Assembly (NCBI GenBank): GCA_046706345.1
Contig: JBJKPL010000280.1
Coordinates: 1-37,506 of the forward strand
Source of the DNA: Candidatus Sulfidibacterium sp.
Lineage (GTDB): Bacteria; Bacteroidota; Bacteroidia; Bacteroidales; F082
DNA length: 37,506 nt
Direction of reading: 5' to 3'
Position 1 is the first letter of the stretch. Every line of letters begins with the position of its first letter. Under the pieces are notes generated by a model that saw only the letters and a list, made by a program, of their open reading frames with translations, did not search any database and had not been told where the DNA came from. Shown one piece after another: positions 19,337 to 26,514 of the stretch. The position numbers and the translations under genes are program-made.

Positions 19337-20592
19337 ACAGAAGAAGCAGTGTCATAGGAAGTCCCGACTGGTTGTTGCTGGTTTTATATCTTGCGCTGGT
19401 GATCTATGGTTGGTTGAGCATTTATTCGGCGACGGCTTCCGCCGAAACGGCCCGTGTGTTCGATCTTTCTCAGCGCTACGGCAAGCAGATGATGTGGATC
19501 GGCCTGGCCCTGATCCTGGGATTTTCCATCCTGCTCATTGATGCCAAATTTTTCTCTGCTTTTGCCTACGTGATCTATGGCGTGATGATCGTGATCCTGA
19601 TGGCGGTGCTTGCTTTCGGAACCACGGTGGCAGGTTCGAAATCCTGGTTTCAATTTGGCTCTTTTGCCCTCCAGCCGGGTGAATTTGCCAAGTTCGCCAC
19701 CGCTTTGGCGCTGGCCAAATACCTGAGTCTGGTTAACGTGGACATGCGAAGCCTCCGCACCAAGGTAGTTGCCATGGTACTCATTGCCGTTCCGGCACTG
19801 CTCATCCTGATTCAGAACGATACCGGTTCGGCCCTGGTTTATGTCGCTTTTATTCTGGTGCTTTTCCGCGAAGGCCTTTCCGGCATCACGATTGTGTCGG
19901 GGATCATGGCTACCCTGTTGTTTATCACTACGGTGATTTTCGGGGAAATATATATTGCCGTGGCCCTGGTGGCTGTGGTGGTTCTGGCTTTTCTGATCTT
20001 TAAGAAAGTCCGTAAAAACTGGAGTGCACTGATCCTGGGGTTGTCGCTGTCACTGGTCTTTGTCTTCAGCGTCCATTATACTTTCAACAAAGTGCTCGAA
20101 GAGCATCAACGGGTGCGGATCCAGGTGATGCTCGGCTTGAAAAAAGACCCGCTGGGGGCAGGCTATAACGTGAACCAGGCCAAAATTGCCATCGGTTCCG
20201 GGGGCCTGACGGGAAAAGGATATTTTAAAGGGATGCTCACCCGCAATCATTTTGTCCCTGAGCAAAGTACCGATTTTATTTTTTGTACCATCGGCGAGGA
20301 GCGCGGCTTCATGGGCTCTGCCGTCCTGATTTTGCTGTTTGTGGCGATGTTGATCCGGATCATCCAGTTAGCAGAACGGCAGCGATCGCCGTTCAGCAGG
20401 ATTTATGGCTACGGTGTCGCCTCGATCCTGTTTTTCCATTTCGCGGTAAACATCGCTATGACCATCGGACTGGCGCCGGTGGTGGGGATCCCTTTGCCGT
20501 TCTTCAGCTATGGCGGCTCTTCGTTGTGGGCCTTTACCATCCTGCTGTTCATTTTCATCAAACAGGATGCCGACAGGCTGAATGTATTATAA
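19333..20592 (+). CDS. rodA: Rod shape-determining protein RodA (SEDS peptidoglycan glycosyltransferase)
   Basis: LQPGEFAK, QNDTGSA, IAIGSGGLTGKG, PEQSTDFIF, GIPLPFFSYGGSS; ATGA overlap with mrdA. Confidence 0.96.
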   Translation: MNRRSSVIGSPDWLLLVLYLALVIYGWLSIYSATASAETARVFDLSQRYGKQMMWIGLALILGFSILLIDAKFFSAFAYVIYGVMIVILMAVLAFGTTVAGSKSWFQFGSFALQPGEFAKFATALALAKYLSLVNVDMRSLRTKVVAMVLIAVPALLILIQNDTGSALVYVAFILVLFREGLSGITIVSGIMATLLFITTVIFGEIYIAVALVAVVVLAFLIFKKVRKNWSALILGLSLSLVFVFSVHYTFNKVLEEHQRVRIQVMLGLKKDPLGAGYNVNQAKIAIGSGGLTGKGYFKGMLTRNHFVPEQSTDFIFCTIGEERGFMGSAVLILLFVAMLIRIIQLAERQRSPFSRIYGYGVASILFFHFAVNIAMTIGLAPVVGIPLPFFSYGGSSLWAFTILLFIFIKQDADRLNVL

Positions 20593-20606
20593 TTTTTGAA
20601 TTCGGA

Positions 20607-21740
20607 TCACCTGGATTTTCTTCCTTTCCATTCATAGGAAAAAAAGAGTCCGTTCAGGGCAGCGATGGGGATATAAAAGGGATAGATGATCTCGAAAGGC
20701 AGCATGTATTTCAGCAACTTCCCTTTGTCGGCAAACTCACCGAACGCTTCCAGCAGGGGCAGATCGATGAACAGTTTCAGCAGGATAAAAAGCACATAGA
20801 TCGAGAAGACCCACGGAATAAAGAGTCCCAGCAGGAAACACAACACCAGCAGCGTATTGAAGGTAAAGACAGCAAAAGCCACAAATATCGGCCAGGGTTG
20901 ATCGTAAGCCCTGGCTTTGGATCCCCAGCGGATGCGCTGTTTCATGAATGCCCTGAAGGATTCGGGAGCGTGGGTGCGAATGATGGAGGCCTTGTTTTTC
21001 AGAAAACGAATGGTCTGACTGCCATATTTCTGGGTGAGATACTGGATGAGGAAAACATCATCACCGGAAGCGTGTTCCTGTTTCAGGGCTTCCGCGCCGG
21101 CTTCCAGGAAAGCATCCCGCTCAAAGGCCAGGTTGGCGCCATTGCCCATAAACGGCAATCCGGAGGCCCCCGAACCGGCGCCGGAAGCCACCAGACTCAT
21201 AAACTCAAAAGAGAAAAATTTCTGGAAGAACCCCTTTTCTTCATCATATACCACTGCCCCGAAGATCAGCAGCGGATGCTCCTGCTCATAAAACGAGACA
21301 ATATTGGTCAGCCAGTTTTTTCCGGCAGTACAGTCTGCGTCGGTGCATACGATCAAGTCTCCCGAAGCAAACCGGACCCCTTCCTGTAGCGATTGTTTTT
21401 TTCCGTGCCCCGATACATTCAACAGGGTAATCCTGGCATTGGGGTTCCCCTGAATGAATTTATTCACCAGCTCCGTCCCCGCGTCTTCAGAATGATCGTT
21501 GACCAGGATAATTTCCCAAAGATCTTCCGGATAGGATTGTTGCATCAGACTGTTCAGCAGATTTTCGAGATGCCGGGCTTCATTTCGGAAAGCGACGACA
21601 ACGCTGACCCGGGTATTAAAATTCCGCAGCGAGGCCGTGAACGCTTTCATCCGGTACCATCCAATGGTAAAAACCAAAATGACAAGCAGATAAAGCAGTG
21701 CGCCAGCTCCAAGGATAAAAATAAAAACCCTAGCGGTCAT
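20607..21740 (-). CDS. Membrane-bound GT2-superfamily glycosyltransferase
   Basis: N-terminal TM, VVVAFRNE, VNDHSED, TDADC, GANLAF, SGDDVF, QRIRW (QxxRW), C-terminal TMs. Confidence 0.88.
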   Translation of the reverse strand: MTARVFIFILGAGALLYLLVILVFTIGWYRMKAFTASLRNFNTRVSVVVAFRNEARHLENLLNSLMQQSYPEDLWEIILVNDHSEDAGTELVNKFIQGNPNARITLLNVSGHGKKQSLQEGVRFASGDLIVCTDADCTAGKNWLTNIVSFYEQEHPLLIFGAVVYDEEKGFFQKFFSFEFMSLVASGAGSGASGLPFMGNGANLAFERDAFLEAGAEALKQEHASGDDVFLIQYLTQKYGSQTIRFLKNKASIIRTHAPESFRAFMKQRIRWGSKARAYDQPWPIFVAFAVFTFNTLLVLCFLLGLFIPWVFSIYVLFILLKLFIDLPLLEAFGEFADKGKLLKYMLPFEIIYPFYIPIAALNGLFFSYEWKGRKSR

Positions 21741-22746
21741 AATTGTTCCTGAAAAATTTTAGTCTAAAGATAAAAAATACTCCCAATATAGCAGGTAGGG
21801 CCAGGTTAAGAAACCAGAGCAGCGACGACGCGGCCACCACCTGTTCCATGATGTAATCGGAAACCAGGGTTCCGCTGAAGTACAGACCGAAAACATACAG
21901 ACTGACCGAACCCCGGACTCCCAACTCTGATAAAGCAATGGTGGGAATGATGGACATCACCAGGTAAATGGCGCTGATCACCACCATGGCCTCAAAATAC
22001 GAGATCCGGATCCCGAACATCCGGAACAGGATAAAAAACTGAAACGAGAAGACCAGATAGCGGGTAATGCTGAGGAATAATACGTTCATCAACAAGGGGG
22101 CTTCGTACCAGGCAAAAATCTCCACGTAACGCTCAATTCGGTAATAGATCCTGCCGCTGATCTTTTTGATGAAGGATGAGAAAGCCGAGAAATTCAAATA
22201 CGCAAAGATCATAACGGCGATGGCGAAAAGCGCGGTCATGATCACACCGGAGTAGGCCCAGCCGTTCATCAGGTGATACTGGATCAGCCACTTTCGGATA
22301 AAGACCAACAGTGCAAGGATCCCAAAAAACAAGGTCGTCAGAAACTGGGACAGGCTGCCCAGCATGGTGATCAGGGTGGCCTGAATGCGGTTGGCTTTTT
22401 TCAGGATGAACACGCGGCCCAGATAGTCACCCACCCGATTGGGCATGAACATACTGACGGAGATCCCCGCCAGCACCGCCTTCAGTGCATTTCCCAGGCT
22501 GACATCTTCCAGCCGGGTGATAATCAGTTTCCATTTATAGCTTTCCAGCAGGAGGTTCACCGGGATCAGCAGCAAAACCACCCCCAACAACAGCTGAAAA
22601 TGTCGCTGCCCCGTCAGCGCCTTGAAATTTTCCCACAGCGCCATTAAATTGTGTTTGTAAAACAGCTGGTCGTACAGATAGTAAAGCGTCAGTACTAAAA
22701 TCGCCAGACGGATCAGGATGTTGTATGTTTTGCTTAATTTTGCCAT
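21730..22746 (-). CDS. Lysylphosphatidylglycerol synthase TM / flippase-like membrane protein (UPF0104-like)
   Basis: Polytopic; NLLLESYKW, PNRVGDYLGR, ELGVRGSV, WFLNLALPAILG motifs. Confidence 0.8.
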   Translation of the reverse strand: MAKLSKTYNILIRLAILVLTLYYLYDQLFYKHNLMALWENFKALTGQRHFQLLLGVVLLLIPVNLLLESYKWKLIITRLEDVSLGNALKAVLAGISVSMFMPNRVGDYLGRVFILKKANRIQATLITMLGSLSQFLTTLFFGILALLVFIRKWLIQYHLMNGWAYSGVIMTALFAIAVMIFAYLNFSAFSSFIKKISGRIYYRIERYVEIFAWYEAPLLMNVLFLSITRYLVFSFQFFILFRMFGIRISYFEAMVVISAIYLVMSIIPTIALSELGVRGSVSLYVFGLYFSGTLVSDYIMEQVVAASSLLWFLNLALPAILGVFFIFRLKFFRNNYDR

Positions 22747-22757
22747 AAAAAGAGCCC

Positions 22758-23312
22758 TTGGCTAACGAAAGAATCATATTGGGAATCGACCCCGGAACCA
22801 ACATTATGGGTTACGGCCTGGTGCAACAAAAAGGCAACAAAATCCTGCTGATCACCATGGGGATCCTGAAGCTGGGCCAGTACAGCAACCATGCCTTAAA
22901 ATTAAAAAAGATTTTTGAACGCACGCTGAGTCTGGTAGAACAATATCATCCTGACGAACTGGCCATTGAGGCTCCGTTTTACGGAAAAAATGTCCAGTCG
23001 ATGCTGAAACTCGGCCGCGCCCAGGGGGTGGCGATGGCGGCGGCGCTTTACAAAGAGCTGCCCATCTTCGAATATTCACCCAAGAAAATCAAACAGGCCA
23101 TCACCGGCAACGGCAATGCTTCCAAGGAACAAGTGGCCGGCATGCTGAAAACCATTCTCAGCTTTCAGGATATTCCCGAGCACCTCGATGCCACCGACGG
23201 ACTCGCGGCGGCCGTGTGCCACTATTTTCAGGGAAACAACGCAGAAAGCGGAAAAAAGAGCTACAACAGCTGGAAAAGCTTTCTTAACGACAATCCACAC
23301 CGGTTGAAATAA
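22758..23312 (+). CDS. ruvC: Holliday junction resolvase RuvC
   Basis: [46 protein letters not shown]; TTG start. Confidence 0.96.
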   Translation: MANERIILGIDPGTNIMGYGLVQQKGNKILLITMGILKLGQYSNHALKLKKIFERTLSLVEQYHPDELAIEAPFYGKNVQSMLKLGRAQGVAMAAALYKELPIFEYSPKKIKQAITGNGNASKEQVAGMLKTILSFQDIPEHLDATDGLAAAVCHYFQGNNAESGKKSYNSWKSFLNDNPHRLK

Positions 23313-23321
23313 CCGGATTTC

Positions 23322-24638
23322 TTACTTAAAATCCTCCAGACCTTCGGTTTTTCCCACCACGAGAATTTTCATCTGGTCGAAATTGAGATATTTCCTTGCC
23401 GTTTCCAAAATTTCGGCGGGGGTAACGTGCATCATTTCATCCAGCTCCTTTTTGTAAAGGGTGAATTCCAGGTCCAGTTCCAGGCTTTTCAGGAAACGGT
23501 CGGCCAGGGAAAAGGGTCCGTCGAAATAACGGAGATAGGACCCATAAACATAATTTTTTACCACGGTAAGCTCTTGTTCCGATACCTTTTCGGCCGATAA
23601 AAGTTCCATCTGATGTTTTATTTCCCGGAGTGCGGCCCGGGTGTGATCGGCATTTACTTCTGTGGCAACGGCAAGATAATTGGCATGCCGGAAGTTCTGA
23701 ATAAAAGAGTTTACACCGTAAGTGTACCCTTTGTCTTCACGCAGACTGCTCATGAGCCGGGAGCCGAAATACCCCCCGAAAACCGTATTGAGCAGGCTCA
23801 GTTTCGGATAATCGGGATGGTGACGGTTTAACGTCAGGGTGCCGATCCGCAAGGCCGACTGGAGCGCGTTTTCTTTTTCCACAAAATGATGGTTCCGGGT
23901 CACGGTCTCGGTGTAGGTTTCCTTTATTGCAATCGGCCGATTCTCTTTCCTCCAGAGGTCTCCCAGAACCGACTTTAATTTTTCCAGCAGTTCGTCCGTG
24001 ATCTTTCCGCTCAGCATCAGGTACGCATTTTGCGGCCGGTAGTATTTCTCGTAAAAATCCATGACCTGTTCCTGCTGCAGTTGTCCGAAGTCTGATTCGG
24101 TAAGAACCTGACCGTATGCCGAGTTTTCTCCAAACATCAGTTTGTTGAATTCCAGGGAAGCACGGTAGCTGACTTTTTGAATGTTCACCAGGAAGTTCTG
24201 CTTTTTTCGTTCCTGGTAAAGTTCGATCTCGTCATTTTGAAAAGAAGCCTTGGTCAGGATCTCAGCCATCAGCGTAAGCAGGGCGTCGTAATACTTTGTG
24301 AGGGCGATCAGGGTCAGTCCGGCTTTGTCCTTGCTGATAAAAGGGTCGAGGTAGGCGCCGTAAAAATCGATGATCCCGGCAATTTCCAGCGCCGTATGTT
24401 GCTGTGTTCCTTCGCTGATGAGCTTGTTCACGGCATTGGCCTGTAGTTTCTGCTCCTGAAGCGCATTCCCTGCATTGAAAACCACATCCATCCGGGTCAC
24501 TTCCTGTTCATCATCCCGTATCAGATATACCGGCATGCCGTTGCCCAGCACGATCTTTTCCGGCGCTTTGATGCTCAGCGACAAGGGTCTCCCCAGGTCC
24601 GGGGCATTTGTACGGTTGAGTTGTCGGTTGGTGTCCAT
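23322..24638 (-). CDS. M16B peptidase, non-catalytic partner subunit
   Basis: M16 fold motifs (LGNGMPV, FGGYFGSRL, LREDKGYTYG with the R/Y pair) but no HxxEH. Confidence 0.88.
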   Translation of the reverse strand: MDTNRQLNRTNAPDLGRPLSLSIKAPEKIVLGNGMPVYLIRDDEQEVTRMDVVFNAGNALQEQKLQANAVNKLISEGTQQHTALEIAGIIDFYGAYLDPFISKDKAGLTLIALTKYYDALLTLMAEILTKASFQNDEIELYQERKKQNFLVNIQKVSYRASLEFNKLMFGENSAYGQVLTESDFGQLQQEQVMDFYEKYYRPQNAYLMLSGKITDELLEKLKSVLGDLWRKENRPIAIKETYTETVTRNHHFVEKENALQSALRIGTLTLNRHHPDYPKLSLLNTVFGGYFGSRLMSSLREDKGYTYGVNSFIQNFRHANYLAVATEVNADHTRAALREIKHQMELLSAEKVSEQELTVVKNYVYGSYLRYFDGPFSLADRFLKSLELDLEFTLYKKELDEMMHVTPAEILETARKYLNFDQMKILVVGKTEGLEDFK

Positions 24639-25876
24639 CAGTTTTTGGCTTTGTAATTTAACACGTTCATTTTGTCTGCGGTAAAGAAGTCCCGCACGGC
24701 CTGCTGAAGGTCCTGAGCCGTAACAGAACTGTATTTGGCGGCTTCTTCGTTAAAAAGTCCGGCATCCCCCAGCATCTCGAAATAACACAGGCCCATGGCC
24801 TTCCCCAGCACAGAGATCTCCGAGAAGACCAGGTTGGCTTCCGCCTTGTTCTTGACTTTCTGAAGCTCCTGCTCACCAACAGGTTCTTTCCCTAGTTTGT
24901 TCAGTTCTTCCAATACGGCTTGTTCCACGGTTTCGAAAGGCGTGGAATTGTAAAGTTTTCCGTTCACCACCAGCATCCCGCCGTCCAGATCGCCGGTGAT
25001 ATAGGCTTGCACGTCCGAAAGCCACTGTTTTTCTTTTACCAGCTTTTGATACAACCGGGAGGAGTTCCCGGTGGACAGGATATCGCTGACCAGGTCACAG
25101 GAATAATACGCTTTTTCTGTTCTTTTGGGCATGTGCCAGGCCATGTAAAAAGCATTTTGCGGTACCGGCCGTTCCACTTCGAGCCGCCGAGGTGCCGTCT
25201 GCACCGGTTCCTGTGGATATTCGTGAAGGATGGCTTCCCCGGAAGGAATGGGTCCGAACCATTTTTCCGCCAGGACTTTAATTTCATCCAATTCCACATT
25301 GCCTGCCACGCAGAGGATGGCATTGTTTGGATTGTAGTATTTATCGTAGAAACGCTTAACATCCTTCATTTCTGCAATCTCGATGTGCCGGATGTCTTTT
25401 CCGATGGTGTTCCACTGATAGGGATGCACTTTGTAGGCCAGTGGTTTCAGTAGCAGGTACACATCGCCGTAAGGCTGGTTCAGATAGCTCTGCTTGAATT
25501 CTTCGATCACCACCTGACGCTGTACGTCCAGACTTTTTTCGCTGAATGCCAAAGACAGCATCCGGTCGGATTCCAGCCAGAAAGCCGTTTCCAGATTATT
25601 TTTCGGTATGGTGAGGTAGTAGTTGGTGAAATCGTTGTTGGTAAACGCATTGTTGTCGCCACCGGCATACTGCAGCGGGCTGTCATAACTGGGGATGTTG
25701 ACCGATCCGCCAAACATCAGGTGCTCGAACAGGTGGGCAAAACCGGTCTTGTCCGGATTTTCGTCGCGCGACCCCACCCGGTACAAAATATTGACGGCCA
25801 CCATGGGCGTGTTCTTGTCCTGGTGGACCAAAACCCGCAACCCGTTCTCCAGCGTAAATCTGTCAAAATGCAACAT
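24638..25876 (-). CDS. M16B zinc peptidase, catalytic subunit
   Basis: LENGLRV, VGSRDE, GFAHLFEHLMFGGS (HxxEH), NAFT, LESDRM, VVIEE; TGATG coupling to the partner gene. Confidence 0.93.
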   Translation of the reverse strand: MLHFDRFTLENGLRVLVHQDKNTPMVAVNILYRVGSRDENPDKTGFAHLFEHLMFGGSVNIPSYDSPLQYAGGDNNAFTNNDFTNYYLTIPKNNLETAFWLESDRMLSLAFSEKSLDVQRQVVIEEFKQSYLNQPYGDVYLLLKPLAYKVHPYQWNTIGKDIRHIEIAEMKDVKRFYDKYYNPNNAILCVAGNVELDEIKVLAEKWFGPIPSGEAILHEYPQEPVQTAPRRLEVERPVPQNAFYMAWHMPKRTEKAYYSCDLVSDILSTGNSSRLYQKLVKEKQWLSDVQAYITGDLDGGMLVVNGKLYNSTPFETVEQAVLEELNKLGKEPVGEQELQKVKNKAEANLVFSEISVLGKAMGLCYFEMLGDAGLFNEEAAKYSSVTAQDLQQAVRDFFTADKMNVLNYKAKN

Positions 25877-25916
25877 AATTCTTATCCTTTCCGGTTTCTC
25901 CGTTTAAAATTAGGTG

Positions 25917-25924
25917 CAAAATTA
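25917..25924 (-). promoter_or_regulatory. -7 promoter box for the M16 pair
   Basis: Minus-strand TAATTTTG, 40 nt before ATG 25876. Confidence 0.55.
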
Positions 25925-25992
25925 ACGAATGTCGGATAATGAAAGCTTCTATCCCGATCAGAAAAGAGGTTTAACGGAAAATTAATTTTTGA

Positions 25993-26057
25993 AACGATGG
26001 TAAGAAGATAGTCAGACTATGGTCACACGATAGTCAAACGGTGGTCAAACGGTCGTT
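25993..26057. repeat. 11-bp tandem repeat array (about 6 units) 3' of the four-helix-bundle gene
   Basis: aacgatggtaa|gaagatagtca|gactatggtca|cacgatagtca|aacggtggtca|aacggtcgtt; consensus about nACgATrGTCA. Confidence 0.85.
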
Positions 26058-26069
26058 CAGAGGTCATGG

Positions 26070-26435
26070 TTATTGGTTATCACTTTTACTGCCTATTGAC
26101 CTGATGTAATTATTCAATTTAACATCAATGTTTTTGAGCGAACCGAGCAATCTTGTTAAAGTCTCATCATCGACTAATCTCCTGTTATTGGCTTTGGTCA
26201 GCCACGTTTGCGTTTCATATAAAGAACCTCTTGCGTAATAGCCGAAATGTTTGGCTTCGTTATAATGAAACCTGCCCAACCCTTCGCTTAAGTTAGCAGC
26301 AATTGAATCCGCAGCTCTGACCATTTGGCGACCCAAGGTATCCTTAGCAAACTTATCCCATGTTGCAACAAGACTCCAGACTTCTTCCCCCAACATCATT
26401 GCCTCTTGATAAGTATTAAAATCTTCGAGTTTCAT
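26070..26435 (-). CDS. Four helix bundle protein (23S rRNA IVS-protein / Avd-like family)
   Basis: MKLEDFNTYQEAM...LGRQMVRAADSIAANLSEGLGR...YARGSLYETQTWL: the QxxRAxxSIxxNIxEG and ARGSxxE motifs are typical. Start ATG 26435. Confidence 0.9.
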   Translation of the reverse strand: MKLEDFNTYQEAMMLGEEVWSLVATWDKFAKDTLGRQMVRAADSIAANLSEGLGRFHYNEAKHFGYYARGSLYETQTWLTKANNRRLVDDETLTRLLGSLKNIDVKLNNYIRSIGSKSDNQ

Positions 26436-26469
26436 AATTATCAAATTTAATTAGTTGTCAGGTCTTTTA

Positions 26470-26513
26470 AAACAACTGTCTGACTATTGTTTGACAACTG
26501 TCTGACCATTGTC
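26470..26513. repeat. 11-bp tandem repeat array (4 units) 5' of the four-helix-bundle gene, inverted relative to the 25993-26057 array
   Basis: aaacaactgtc|tgactattgtt|tgacaactgtc|tgaccattgtc; reverse complement gacaatggtca|gacagttgtca|aacaatagtca|gacagttgttt. Confidence 0.85.
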
Positions 26514-26514
26514 T

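Noticed and set aside
23322-24638. M16 protein lacking HxxEH as a pseudogene or novelty
   Set aside because: The ORF is intact, and catalytic plus non-catalytic M16B heterodimer pairs are well established.
25993-26513. Possible DGR, rRNA intervening sequence or IS element
   Set aside because: No reverse transcriptase, TR/VR pair, rRNA sequence or transposase lies in the window, and I found no clear target-site duplication. Reported instead as an unexplained cassette.
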